Below, piece after piece: positions 18,143 through 27,769 of a DNA stretch of 40,749 bases (position 1 is the first letter of the stretch; each line of letters opens with the position of its first letter). Source of the stretch: a virus (lineage: Duplodnaviria > Caudoviricetes). A program made the position numbers and the translations under genes. Location: IMG/VR virus record IMGVR_UViG_3300037484_000319, positions 1 to 40,749 of that record. One strand, 5' to 3'. The notes under the pieces were generated by a model. The model was not told the origin of the DNA. It did no database searches and saw nothing but the letters and a program-made list of their open reading frames with translations.

Positions 18143-18265
18143 TCACACCAGGAACAAAGCCACGGTCAAACACGCTAAACCCGCGGCCACAAGTGACTTG
18201 CTCCGCACGGCTTCGATTGCAAACAGGATAAATGCGGCAATTGCAAAAACTAGACTGATGCTCAT
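18143..18265 (-). CDS. 40-aa two-TM membrane peptide (MSISLVFAIAAFILFAIEAVRSKSLVAAGLACLTVALFLV)
   Basis: Not in the ORF track; SD GAAGGAG; fills the gap between the endolysin and the next gene. Confidence 0.65.
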   Translation of the reverse strand: MSISLVFAIAAFILFAIEAVRSKSLVAAGLACLTVALFLV

Positions 18266-18266
18266 G

Positions 18267-19313
18267 TTATGCTCCTTCTACCCAAACTTCTTTACACAAT
18301 GTCTGCCCGTTCCAGTACGCAGCCACCCATAAGCCCGTACCAATCCGATACCACACCTCGCCATTGTCCGCCGTCCACTTCTCGAACGGCTTCAGGCATA
18401 ATTCGGGATTACGGATCTCGCCAGCTTTGGTATAGTTCGTGCCGTGCCCGGTACGCACGTTTAGCCAACTCGTTACAACTTTCAGGTGATCGGGCAGTCG
18501 CGGGTCGCTCGGGTCGGTATATGGCGCACCGTTGCCAAAATATTCATGCGCGGGCGCGGCTAGTGGTGAAAGATAATTCATGTCGACGGCAAGCTCCGGG
18601 AAGCCGGGAACAACCTCGACCCACGAGTATTGCCATATCTTCACCCATGGATTGACTTTCCATCCCCCAAACTGCGCCCACGGCTCCGGGATGGTTGGCT
18701 CTGCTCGGTAGGGGTGGGCAATCCACAGGCTGAATTCTGCCAGCGAAGCATCGCCCTGAAGGTAGGCTTGCGCAAAACCGACACTGGTATATACCCCCGC
18801 CTCATAGCCTTTATCGCGCATGTAGCGCAACCACTTGAGGGTGTCGGTTAGGACTTGACCAGATAGCAGATAGCTGACTGCCGCCAGCTTGTGTTCTTCC
18901 TGCGGGCTCAGCTTGGCATCAGTGAATAAGATCGTCTGTATTTGCTTTGTGGCGTTTGTCCATTTTTGTGCGCTCATTTGTGGCGCATGTTCGCCCTCTT
19001 TGATCAGTCCCAACGCCTGTGCTATGACGGTCTCAGCGTCCCACCAGACGACATGCGGCTGGTACGCCCCCATGCATTGAATAAACCAGTCTGCCTGCTC
19101 TATCGGGTCGGCATCAAAGCGGGCGAAGTGATAGCCGGAATAGGGCATGCCTTCTTCCACACATTGGGCGGCAGTTGGGGCATAGGTAGAATCTGGCCCC
19201 CAATCGTTAGACTCGCTAACCTTCCAGATCACGCCCTGGACGTGCGGGCGCGTCTCTTTGATATTAGGAGTTTGACTCCAATGTGACCCATCGGGAATCT
19301 TTTGAAGTGCCAT
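18267..19313 (-). CDS. Endolysin: GH25 muramidase with C-terminal SH3b-like domain
   Basis: DGSHW, KVSE, GYHF, WDAE (DxE), GVYT, LWIA.., WQYS and VDMN motifs; LNVRTGHGTNY...WYRIG...WV SH3b motif. Confidence 0.88.
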   Translation of the reverse strand: MALQKIPDGSHWSQTPNIKETRPHVQGVIWKVSESNDWGPDSTYAPTAAQCVEEGMPYSGYHFARFDADPIEQADWFIQCMGAYQPHVVWWDAETVIAQALGLIKEGEHAPQMSAQKWTNATKQIQTILFTDAKLSPQEEHKLAAVSYLLSGQVLTDTLKWLRYMRDKGYEAGVYTSVGFAQAYLQGDASLAEFSLWIAHPYRAEPTIPEPWAQFGGWKVNPWVKIWQYSWVEVVPGFPELAVDMNYLSPLAAPAHEYFGNGAPYTDPSDPRLPDHLKVVTSWLNVRTGHGTNYTKAGEIRNPELCLKPFEKWTADNGEVWYRIGTGLWVAAYWNGQTLCKEVWVEGA

Positions 19314-19316
19314 AGA

Positions 19317-19832
19317 TCACCCCATACCTTCGTCGCCAGGGAAGGCGGCGTGTGCCGCAATATTACCTTTGACCCAGGCCTCGGTATCAGGTGAGGTCTC
19401 TCCCAGTTCGGCTGTAAAAACGTCCATGTCCGTCTCAGCCTTAGTATCCGGGATTTTGGCAGTGGCCACACTTTCCTCGCCAATCCCAAGTTCTACGATT
19501 GGGACTGGAGTCTCCGCAACCAATACCTTCGCCGCCTTCACCTCTGCAACAGCCAGGGTGGATGCCGCTTTTAGAGTTTCCACCTTACTGACCTTGATAA
19601 AGCTGAAGAACCCGCTGGCAGACAGGCCGCCCGCTACCACGAACAAAAACAGGTCGATGTAGGGTTGAGCTGCGGGCAGTAGCTCACGGGCTTGAAATAG
19701 CCCGTACAAGATTCCACCGATCACCATGCTGATCACTCGCAGCTTGTTTCCCTCTACGCCCAGCGATTTCACAAATTCGACCATCGCAAAGATGATCATT
19801 GCCAAAAAAACTAAATCAATCGGTTGATCCAT
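19317..19832 (-). CDS. Holin (about 3 TM) with acidic C-terminal tail
   Basis: MVEFVK.LG and GGLSASGF holin-like motifs; SD AAGGAGG; directly upstream of the endolysin. Confidence 0.7.
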   Translation of the reverse strand: MDQPIDLVFLAMIIFAMVEFVKSLGVEGNKLRVISMVIGGILYGLFQARELLPAAQPYIDLFLFVVAGGLSASGFFSFIKVSKVETLKAASTLAVAEVKAAKVLVAETPVPIVELGIGEESVATAKIPDTKAETDMDVFTAELGETSPDTEAWVKGNIAAHAAFPGDEGMG

Positions 19833-19846
19833 CACGTCCTCCTTAA

Positions 19847-19891
19847 ACAAAATCGCCCAGCACGCCTCTCTTTCGAGATTTGTGCCGGGCG
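19847..19891 (-). terminator. Hairpin plus U-rich tract just upstream of the holin SD
   Basis: Minus strand CGCCCGGCAC-aaa-TCTC-GAAA-GAGA-ggc-GTGCTGGGCG-ATTTTGTTT. Confidence 0.55.
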
Positions 19892-19933
19892 GTAAGCTCC
19901 AGCGATACCCTATTTGGTTGTGATATTATTTTA

Positions 19934-20917
19934 CTACAAATCCTGTTTTAATGCCTTCCAATCAATGCCCATCTCCCGCAAGCTCTTCTCATACCTCATC
20001 CACCCCCAGCGCGGGTCATACTTGCGACCAACAAGGTCGGGCAACGTGATCACTCCCTGCTGGAAAGCCGCATACTTTGATCGACCTAAGATTTTCGCCT
20101 GCTGGTCTGTAGATAGCTTGCCAAACGCCTCTATACCTGTCTCTTTCCGCTTCATCCCCGGCAGCATCGGCACCATGAAACACCTGCCACAGACGTGGTC
20201 GTCTAGCTGCTCATCAAGCGTATGCTCAGATCCATCCATTGCAAAACAGGCCCCACACGTGCGTTCGTTACGTGCTGAACGCCAGATCCAACCACCCACG
20301 ATATCACTATTAGCTTGATACACTTGCCGGCTAGCTTCCCGATAAGCACGCAGGGGCTCGGTACGTGCTGTTCTTAGTGCACTTGTCAGGTTCGCCCCAA
20401 ACGCCGCCCGGATCTCCCTGGCAATCTGCATAGCCCCCAGACCTGTTGCCAGGCCCTCGATAAGCTTGTCAGCAACCATCTGCCCCATGCCAGAGCCTAA
20501 GCCGGCTAGGTAATCGGCTAATACGTTTCCCGGTTGCAGGCTACCCACAAGATTTGCCAACGCTTCGGTCGACAGTCTGTTAAAGCCCGCATATGTCCCG
20601 ATCATCCGCCCGGTATGTTTGGCTGCCAGGTTGATGGCTTGTTGTTTTTGGTCTGAGATTGCCCCGCTTGCGTATTGTGAGAATTTAGCCATCTCAGCCT
20701 CGACTTGGCTTCGCAGCGACTCCAGCCGCTCTTGCTCGTACAGCCAGCCAAGTTGGGGCTGCTCGCTCTCGTAATACTGAGCAGCCAGGCTTTTGATTCT
20801 CGTATCGAGCACCTGCCAGATCTTCCCATACTCGCGCACCATCGCCGCTGCAGCTTGTCTCTCTCTGCGTAGCAGCTCGGCGCGGAACTGGTTAATCTGG
20901 TCGTAGATGTCAGACAT
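19934..20917 (-). CDS. Minor head morphogenesis protein (SPP1 gp7 / MuF family)
   Basis: ARTE...AY, W.W.S....RTCGAC.AMDG and H..GRC motifs. Confidence 0.88.
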   Translation of the reverse strand: MSDIYDQINQFRAELLRRERQAAAAMVREYGKIWQVLDTRIKSLAAQYYESEQPQLGWLYEQERLESLRSQVEAEMAKFSQYASGAISDQKQQAINLAAKHTGRMIGTYAGFNRLSTEALANLVGSLQPGNVLADYLAGLGSGMGQMVADKLIEGLATGLGAMQIAREIRAAFGANLTSALRTARTEPLRAYREASRQVYQANSDIVGGWIWRSARNERTCGACFAMDGSEHTLDEQLDDHVCGRCFMVPMLPGMKRKETGIEAFGKLSTDQQAKILGRSKYAAFQQGVITLPDLVGRKYDPRWGWMRYEKSLREMGIDWKALKQDL

Positions 20918-20919
20918 GA

Positions 20920-22257
20920 TTACGCGTTTGCAGTCTCATCGCCCCGGTCGAACGCACCAAGCAGCTGCTCGCCAAGTTCCTCCACTTGAGTAGCTTTTTT
21001 CTTGCGCTCGAGATCTGGGTCGTAACCCAGCTTGGTCTGCAGTGTATCATTGCTCACCCCTAGCTGCTTGTCGATCAATGCTGCCTGGCGTTCTACGAGC
21101 GGGTCTTTCGGCAGGATCTCCGGCCACTGTAGCTCGGTATCTTGGGTCTCCCCGAACCCACCCATCGCCAGCCCGCACCGGTTGACCTCGCTGATCAGCT
21201 CGCCATACTGCAGGCGTTTGGTCTCGGTCTTCTCGATAAGCGGCTGGTAGAGGATTTCTAATGCCACACCCGACAGAGCGCCGGCATTCTCGACCTTACC
21301 CGTGGCCACTTCTGGGATCCTCGACAGCTCGTGCAACGCTTCTTTCAGCCGCTTGTAGAATTCTATCGAGCTTTCCAGGTCGCTCGTCATTTCAAGATTC
21401 TGAAGCTTTGCCTCTGCGTTGGGCAGGATGATCGTCTCATCCACAGCCATGCGCAGCTCTTTATCCGAGAAGCCAGACCCCCAGGTCTTTGGGTGCGCGT
21501 GGAAGCGGATGATACGCAGTAAGTTACTTACGACAAAGTTCACTGCATTGCCGGCCTCGATAATATCTCCTTCAAGGTCGCTCACGCCCCAGTACTCATT
21601 TGGCGCGGGCAGGTTCTGGCAGCTCATGATCGGCGGCCAGACCCACGGCCAGGTCTCCTCTCCAACTGTCACCCAGTGCAGCGTCTGCAGGTCACCCACC
21701 TGGTCGGTGATCAGCCAGTGCGCGCCGTCCTGCTCGATGATTTGTCTTACTCCGATCGGTTTACCAGTACGTGCGTCCTTGCTCGGGTATTGAATTAGAT
21801 ATCTTACCACCTGATCAATATCGTCTGCGGCTGTTCTGACACTTACGGTCTCTGGATCCAACACGATCAGACGCGGGTAGGGCAAGCCTGCTTGCACTTT
21901 TATTTTTAAAAATGCCTGCCCGCACACGCCGCCATTTAAAGCCAGTTTTTGCAAGAGTGACATCTTGCGATTCTGTTTCCAGAAGCCCTTCAGCCAGGTG
22001 TCCGGCGCGGTTTGCTCTTGGTCTCCGGACACATCGAAGTTGACCTCTTTGCCAAACAAGAAGGTCACCCCCTTGTCCACGATCACCCTGGCATAATTCA
22101 GCCGCACGTTGTCATCCGGCTTGCCCTGTTTGACCTTCAGTGGCTTGTCGTGGTCGCCAAAGTACACCCGCCAGGCTTTTTTAAACTTTTCAATCCTGCT
22201 GGTGTCTTCCTGCATCAGGATTTCAGTCAAGCTGTTATAGATCATGTTTTCTGTCAT
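20920..22257 (-). CDS. Portal protein (SPP1 gp6-like)
   Basis: NY..VIVD....FLFG, WG.SDL and SGVAL...Y.PL..K motifs; follows terL. Confidence 0.9.
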   Translation of the reverse strand: MTENMIYNSLTEILMQEDTSRIEKFKKAWRVYFGDHDKPLKVKQGKPDDNVRLNYARVIVDKGVTFLFGKEVNFDVSGDQEQTAPDTWLKGFWKQNRKMSLLQKLALNGGVCGQAFLKIKVQAGLPYPRLIVLDPETVSVRTAADDIDQVVRYLIQYPSKDARTGKPIGVRQIIEQDGAHWLITDQVGDLQTLHWVTVGEETWPWVWPPIMSCQNLPAPNEYWGVSDLEGDIIEAGNAVNFVVSNLLRIIRFHAHPKTWGSGFSDKELRMAVDETIILPNAEAKLQNLEMTSDLESSIEFYKRLKEALHELSRIPEVATGKVENAGALSGVALEILYQPLIEKTETKRLQYGELISEVNRCGLAMGGFGETQDTELQWPEILPKDPLVERQAALIDKQLGVSNDTLQTKLGYDPDLERKKKATQVEELGEQLLGAFDRGDETANA

Positions 22258-22260
22258 CTC

Positions 22261-23697
22261 TTACTCCCATAGACTTGGACCATAAGCCACATCTGTCTGG
22301 GTCTGCGCCGCCCAGATTGCCAGCGCCCAGGCCCAGAATTTATCCGCGTGGTGTTTTTCGTTTCGCTCAGCATCGAATGTGTTATTCTTCGCTGCCGTGA
22401 CTTTCTTCTTGATGCTGTGGATCTGATAAGCAATATCCCGGTCAGCCGGCAGTGGCGTTGCCCCTCTTTCTGCTTGTAACCGTGCCTCTACTGCCCACAG
22501 TTCTTTGCTTGGATTGGTAAAGTCCACACCTTGAGCCTTACCGGTCTTTCTAGTTAGATTTTCTGCCAATTGCGCACCGATGCCGTTTTGGTCCACAAGC
22601 ACACTTGCAAATGGCAACCTGCTGATCACCTCGTAAAAACAATTCTCCTGGTCGTCATATGGCACCCGGTCCAGGCTGATACTCAATCTCAACGGCATCT
22701 GGTTGATCGTTGACCGGCCAACGCCTATAAACTCCGATAAGTCCTTCTTGCGGCCAACATCGATCCCGCCAGATAAAACTTGTTCGATCTTTTGCTCAAC
22801 AATCGCTTGTTGGATCAGCGGGATCATGCTCAGCGCTTCATCGACGCTTTTTGCGTGCCACCACAGATAATCACTTCGCTCATTGCGCTGGATGACTTCC
22901 CACGTGATCCAGGAGGTAGACTCGTCCACCCACGAGCACTCGTACTCTTGCTGGAAATCCTCAAGAAACATATTCTCGAAGATTTCAATCAACGCCTGCG
23001 TGCCATACCGGTAGACTCGCTGCTCAGTAGTGAGGGTAGGGGCGATCTTGCGACCTGCCGGCACGTTTTTGCAAAGAGCACGTATTTGCCACCAAGGCAA
23101 GATGGACCGCTTATATCCCGGCCAGGGTCTCAAACCCTCCGTGGCAATCTCCCAAAATAAGCCCTTGGCGCCGAGTGGCGAGCTGCCCAGCCGGATATAG
23201 CCATCGCCTTTTACCGTCGCCGGCAAGGCGGCTGTATAAACTTCTCGGTCAAGCCCTTCTGGGTAATGGGCGATTTCGTCAAGATAAACTCTCGCACGCG
23301 CTACACCACGAACCGGCCTACAAGGATGGGACAAAAGACGGCTTTTATTAGATAACTCAATCTCCGTGTTGCTCTCGCGCACAAGCTTAAGCCGCACCGG
23401 CTGATCAATCGCCTCGTGGATCAGCTTTGCATACCTGATCTTCTCCTTGGCTTCTTCGAGATTGATGCTGACAAACACATGCGGCGTATTGGGATATAAA
23501 GTGGCGTCTACCACTGCGTCCAATGCACTTGTAAACGACCAGGCGATCTGCCGTGATTTAACGTCAATCCCAAAGCGCGTAGCGTTGTTTAAATAATCAA
23601 TCTGGAAAGCCTCCCAGACCGCACCGTCCACCTGGGCTGCCTTCTGCAGGTCGATGAACTCAACCGCAAACTGGGCTTTCTCCGTTATCAGCTTCAT
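22261..23697 (-). CDS. terL: Terminase large subunit
   Basis: KSRQIAWS (Walker A-like), VYLDE (Walker B), SSPLG, FQQEYEC, GIDVGR, VDQNGIG and HADKFWAWALA motifs (Mu gp28-like). Confidence 0.93.
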   Translation of the reverse strand: MKLITEKAQFAVEFIDLQKAAQVDGAVWEAFQIDYLNNATRFGIDVKSRQIAWSFTSALDAVVDATLYPNTPHVFVSINLEEAKEKIRYAKLIHEAIDQPVRLKLVRESNTEIELSNKSRLLSHPCRPVRGVARARVYLDEIAHYPEGLDREVYTAALPATVKGDGYIRLGSSPLGAKGLFWEIATEGLRPWPGYKRSILPWWQIRALCKNVPAGRKIAPTLTTEQRVYRYGTQALIEIFENMFLEDFQQEYECSWVDESTSWITWEVIQRNERSDYLWWHAKSVDEALSMIPLIQQAIVEQKIEQVLSGGIDVGRKKDLSEFIGVGRSTINQMPLRLSISLDRVPYDDQENCFYEVISRLPFASVLVDQNGIGAQLAENLTRKTGKAQGVDFTNPSKELWAVEARLQAERGATPLPADRDIAYQIHSIKKKVTAAKNNTFDAERNEKHHADKFWAWALAIWAAQTQTDVAYGPSLWE

Positions 23698-24229
23698 CAG
23701 TAGTGGCTTCTGTGTCTAGGTTTTCGACTTGCTCCAGCCGCTCTTGTCGCTTCCCGCGCCAGTCGTCAATATTAACTTGTATGTTAATGTCGCTGGCTTT
23801 GTCGTTGAATAGACCGTATGCGCGGCCAATCAGCTCGAGCGCTTTCTGGGCATCGTGGAATTCGAGCATCACCTTGCCTTGCCGGCTATAGGAGATCTTC
23901 TTAACCAGATGGCCATAGGTCTTAACTACCTCCCAGTTGATCCCCTCCATGACCAGCTTGTCGTCAACGATCTCAAAATTAAAAAATGTCGCCGCGTTCA
24001 ACTGGGCTTGTGCGGTCAGCCGCTTCAATGCTTCGTCGGCTTGCATGCTGGTTTCGGCCATGCGGGCCTTGATCATAGCCCGAATACCATCATTTCGCAT
24101 CAGGCGTGGGCCAGCCATATCTGCCCGAGCTTTGTATCCCGCCATACGCGCAGCTTCAGAAGCGTTCCATATTTCCAGATACGCCTCTACAAAACGCCGC
24201 TGTCGTGGAGTGAGTTTGCTCTCAGTCAT
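23660..24229 (-). CDS. terS: Terminase small subunit
   Basis: LTPRQRRFVEAYL...NASEAA..AGY and D..KALELIGR motifs. Confidence 0.93.
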   Translation of the reverse strand: MTESKLTPRQRRFVEAYLEIWNASEAARMAGYKARADMAGPRLMRNDGIRAMIKARMAETSMQADEALKRLTAQAQLNAATFFNFEIVDDKLVMEGINWEVVKTYGHLVKKISYSRQGKVMLEFHDAQKALELIGRAYGLFNDKASDINIQVNIDDWRGKRQERLEQVENLDTEATTDEADNGESPVCG

Positions 24230-24257
24230 ATTAAACCAAAACGCCTAGCGCTAACTC

Positions 24258-24506
24258 TCACGAGTCAGGCCAGGCGGTAAACTCTGGAATGCCCTCTGGG
24301 CTAATTATACTTGCTTTTTGCACCAACCTACGCAATAACCGGTCACTTACTGACCAGTGAAACTCACAGTGGCAAATCTCACATACCCCATGCAACGAGC
24401 GGACCAGGATACCGTTCACACACAACAGCGGCAGCTCGCCGACATTCACCAGCTCACCGACTTGATGCCCACACGGACAGGTGATGATTTCGTTTTTAGG
24501 TATCAT
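24258..24506 (-). CDS. Zn-ribbon protein, possible late-gene regulator
   Basis: CPCG...CEIC; directly upstream of terS. Confidence 0.55.
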   Translation of the reverse strand: MIPKNEIITCPCGHQVGELVNVGELPLLCVNGILVRSLHGVCEICHCEFHWSVSDRLLRRLVQKASIISPEGIPEFTAWPDS

Positions 24507-24509
24507 ATT

Positions 24510-24578
24510 TCACCAGCCCAGGGACTCGCCAAAGAGAACTAAGTAAACAACGCAGATGATAAACACAATCACGATCAT
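24510..24578 (-). CDS. 22-aa hydrophobic micro-ORF (MIVIVFIICVVYLVLFGESLGW)
   Basis: ATGA overlap with the Prim-Pol stop; GGAGG SD upstream. Confidence 0.4.
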   Translation of the reverse strand: MIVIVFIICVVYLVLFGESLGW

Positions 24579-25450
24579 GATATACCTCCAGAGAGTAATC
24601 TAATTGCATCAAGATTAGAAATACCGTACAGACGAGAATATAAATTTATCACGTCCATCGGCTTATCCGTGCAGCCGGCAAAGCAACCACAGAGAGAATC
24701 CCTAGAATCTATCCAAAAGCTGGGCGATTTGTCGTCATGAAACGGGCACCTGGTCACCCACCAGCGGTGGTCCGCACTTGTGGGAGAGCTTTGCGGGAAG
24801 AAATCGAGAATTTTTAATTTATCACGAATCTTTTCAACCAGGCCACTATCCGCCTTACTCCCTTGCATCGCCCTTAGCCATGGATCCAAACTGGTCTGAG
24901 GCTGTGCCCGTGTTGGATCCCTAACCAAACCAACTCGCTCGGTATGAGAAACAAGCAGCTCCACGGGCAAGATGTCAATAAGATTATTAACTCTTGGGAA
25001 GAACAACTTATCACCCAGCGCTCGGTATATTGCGCCGGTGGGGTGAATACTGCCTGGACCCAGCACGTAGCCGTTCGCTTTGATGTCGATCTTGCCAAGC
25101 TTCTGGTTTTTTTGGTTGGAAAGCCTTATATACACGTGTACGCCCCGGCTTGTGGTGACTTTGAAAGCGAGCTCGGACACAAGCTGGGCAAGACCGGCAG
25201 TCTTACTACACCATACTTGCCATCTCTGATACTCTTGTAAGTCGTCGAAGTCTAATACAAGCAGGTCCTGCCAGCCCATAATCACACCATAATTGGATGA
25301 CTTGTTACTAAACCAGTTGCTAATTTGGCTGCTTGTTGGTAGAATCGTCTTGTAAGGCTCCCAACTTGATATGTCGGGTCGCTTGTCTCTAAATTTTACG
25401 GGGATCACTGCGATGTGTTGTTTTAGAAATTCTTGTGCGTAAGTAAGCAT
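24575..25450 (-). CDS. Bifunctional DNA primase/polymerase (Prim-Pol) with C-terminal CHC2 zinc finger
   Basis: IPV....KRP, NYGV, LVLDFD, T.RGVHVY and YVLGPGSIHPTG motifs; CPFHDDKSPSF...CFAGC. Confidence 0.9.
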   Translation of the reverse strand: MLTYAQEFLKQHIAVIPVKFRDKRPDISSWEPYKTILPTSSQISNWFSNKSSNYGVIMGWQDLLVLDFDDLQEYQRWQVWCSKTAGLAQLVSELAFKVTTSRGVHVYIRLSNQKNQKLGKIDIKANGYVLGPGSIHPTGAIYRALGDKLFFPRVNNLIDILPVELLVSHTERVGLVRDPTRAQPQTSLDPWLRAMQGSKADSGLVEKIRDKLKILDFFPQSSPTSADHRWWVTRCPFHDDKSPSFWIDSRDSLCGCFAGCTDKPMDVINLYSRLYGISNLDAIRLLSGGIS

Positions 25451-25478
25451 GCTTTTTTCTCCGTGTATCAGATATCAC

Positions 25479-25745
25479 AAATGTTGCAGATGTTGCAGAT
25501 GTTGCATCATTCTGTATAGAGTAATCCTGGGTTTTAATTTTCAAAAATGTTTAATCAGTTCATCTGCAACATCTGCAACATGCAACATTTTTAGGGTTCC
25601 TTTCGCTAGTTTTTCCAATTTGTTCCAGATGTTCCAGATGTTCCATCATTTGCCTCACAGTAATCCTGGATTAATTAGGATAGCCTAAATATTTCAGGAT
25701 TCCTTCCCTGAATCATCTGGAACATCTGGAACATGGAACATTTTT
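25479..25745. repeat. Putative replication origin: two tandem units of 3+3 inverted iterons around AT-rich spacers
   Basis: Unit 1 has TGTTGCA x3 (25482-25507) and its inverse x3 (25561-25592). Unit 2 has TGTTCCA x3 (25621-25646) and its inverse x3 (25714-25745). Both spacers contain AGTAATCCTGG. Located between the helicase and primase genes. Confidence 0.8.
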
Positions 25746-27208
25746 TACGGCCCTTTTCGCTTGATGCCGTAATAACCTCGTGGAGTAGTTCTCCCAATTC
25801 GCTTAACCTCCGCCTTCCCCAGTCCCAGCTTCATCATCGCGCTGGCCAACCTGCGCGTATCTATCTCACCAGGTTTTAAGTTACCCAAGTTTGGGTCTTT
25901 GAGAATATTCATAATCTCCACAGTACTGAGCCACAAGTTTGTGTTGCCTGGGTCGAAGTCAAACAAGTGCACAAGGGTTTCTTGAACTAAATCCACAACT
26001 TGATAAGAGTCATTCACTTGGTTGATCTTGTCTATCTCACCTGGCTGTAACTGCCACGGCTCACCGCTGATGTATAGATCATACGCTTGCGCCCAGACTT
26101 GGTCACAATCTAATTTCGTGTAAGACCAATCTATAGACTCTAATTTTGCAATCATGAATCTTCTGTGTCCTGTCGGGTCTGACAAAAAGCCGCCTTCATC
26201 GTTGATCGTCCCCAGAAAGCTGGTGATCGTCTGCCCTTGAATTGGGAAGTGACCATAAGGCTTGCGCTCGGATACTTGTTGGAGCGTGAGAAAGCCTTTT
26301 AGCGCCTCCCGGTCAGCGCGCCTGGTCGTTGACCCAAGCTCGTATACGTCCCAAATCCATGTAGACAAAAGCCTTAATCTGTGATCTTTATCATCCGGCT
26401 GTATTGGCCCCTCGTGAAAATACTCGGGCATTGGACTTGCCAGCCAGCGTGCAAAGTGGTCCTTACCTAAACCCTGCGGGCCGTCTAAAACCAGCATCCG
26501 GTTTTGCTCGCTAGCCATGACCCTTGCTACCGAGCCGATCAACCAACGTTTTAATAAAACCGGGAATATGCTGTATTTATCTTGGAAATACCCAGCAAGT
26601 TCGGCGATCTTATCCTGACCAGCATATGTGAGAGACATCAAATAATCCCTCAGAGGGTGATAGCGGCTTCGCCACGAGAGATCCAACACCGCATCATCCA
26701 TGGCCTTGTAATTCTCGAAACCCAAGTCTCTTAATTGTCCATGGATCGTCGACAAGTTTGCATCCGTAATTGGCTTGTTTGCTCCCAACTCAATATTATG
26801 CGTACAGAGATTGTATTTAAATACATACCCAAGATTCGTGAGTGCCTGAAAGTAATCATTCGTCTTATGTTTCTTGCCCGATACCGCGTGCTGCTGCTGC
26901 CACTGGGCGATCTGCGCGGCACGTAGCGTTACTGCACCGGTGATCGCCAGCTGGATCTCCGGCGTATATCCTTGGATAGAATCTATAAAATCCGTGCTTG
27001 GGTTATTCCCCGCACGCATGTGGGAATAAATATATCTCCAAGGGTCACCACCTGGCGCTAATAAACCTGGTGGCTCATTAAGTCCCACACAGCGGGCGAC
27101 CAGCTCGAGGCCATCAACGAAATCTGGCTGCCCAGAGTAGTTTTGCTCTAATACTTGCGCATCATTTGTGTTGATGCCAGCGTTGAGAAGCGTTTTGAGA
27201 AACGACAT
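25745..27208 (-). CDS. VapE / virulence-associated E family P-loop ATPase (replicative helicase-like)
   Basis: YHPLRDYL, LVLDGPQGLGK (Walker A), ELG, RKPYG, GTIND..FL.DPTG.RRF and QVWAQA motifs. Confidence 0.9.
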   Translation of the reverse strand: MSFLKTLLNAGINTNDAQVLEQNYSGQPDFVDGLELVARCVGLNEPPGLLAPGGDPWRYIYSHMRAGNNPSTDFIDSIQGYTPEIQLAITGAVTLRAAQIAQWQQQHAVSGKKHKTNDYFQALTNLGYVFKYNLCTHNIELGANKPITDANLSTIHGQLRDLGFENYKAMDDAVLDLSWRSRYHPLRDYLMSLTYAGQDKIAELAGYFQDKYSIFPVLLKRWLIGSVARVMASEQNRMLVLDGPQGLGKDHFARWLASPMPEYFHEGPIQPDDKDHRLRLLSTWIWDVYELGSTTRRADREALKGFLTLQQVSERKPYGHFPIQGQTITSFLGTINDEGGFLSDPTGHRRFMIAKLESIDWSYTKLDCDQVWAQAYDLYISGEPWQLQPGEIDKINQVNDSYQVVDLVQETLVHLFDFDPGNTNLWLSTVEIMNILKDPNLGNLKPGEIDTRRLASAMMKLGLGKAEVKRIGRTTPRGYYGIKRKGP

Positions 27209-27211
27209 AGG

Positions 27212-27769
27212 TTATGCGCTTAAGAGCTTTGCTGTGGCTGCGTGTAATTCCTTCGCCCGATCTGCAGTGATGTGCTGGCCACCGGAGAGAGCACTAAGTT
27301 TTTTTAAGAACTCAATTGCCTGCAGGTCAGTCTCGGGACCGACGAAGATAGTGCTGATGCGACTTTTATAAGTGCGTGCAACTTGTAATGTCTCTTCCTG
27401 GCTGTCAGGCCACCCATCTGTGATAATAATAAATTGCACGCCTTCGATATCAGCCACGCGTGCAAACTTAAGAGCTTTCGCCATATCCGTGCCGCCACCA
27501 AAGAATATCGGGATGCCTGAGGGGCAAAATTGCACATCATCACTAAAAGATAAAACCGCAAGTTTGCCCGGCAGGCTGTTTTGGAGATTTTTTAATTCTT
27601 CACATGCCACGTTATAACGTGATTGCCCGCCGCGGCTATCCTCACTCGACATGCTGCCACTAGAATCAGTTAAGATAATTACATCGCAGCTCATAAATGT
27701 CTCTGCGATTGACTTGCCTGATTGCTTAGCAATTGCACCCAAGCTGCCTGTAATAATAGAATTATTCAT
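27212..27769 (-). CDS. von Willebrand factor A (VWA) domain protein
   Basis: MIDAS motif DSSGSM, GGTDM..AL and IITDG.PD; start set at ATG 27769 with SD AAGGAG. Confidence 0.88.
   Translation of the reverse strand: MNNSIITGSLGAIAKQSGKSIAETFMSCDVIILTDSSGSMSSEDSRGGQSRYNVACEELKNLQNSLPGKLAVLSFSDDVQFCPSGIPIFFGGGTDMAKALKFARVADIEGVQFIIITDGWPDSQEETLQVARTYKSRISTIFVGPETDLQAIEFLKKLSALSGGQHITADRAKELHAATAKLLSA

Noticed and set aside
25449-25688. Plus-strand ORF with CCRCCRCC and FQMFQMF, resembling a metal-binding peptide
   Set aside because: It is the translation of the 9-bp iterons and is antisense to the operon
25479-25745. Possible CRISPR or other guide-RNA array
   Set aside because: The repeats are 9-bp iterons in inverted blocks with no unique spacers, and there are no cas or Nop-domain genes in the window
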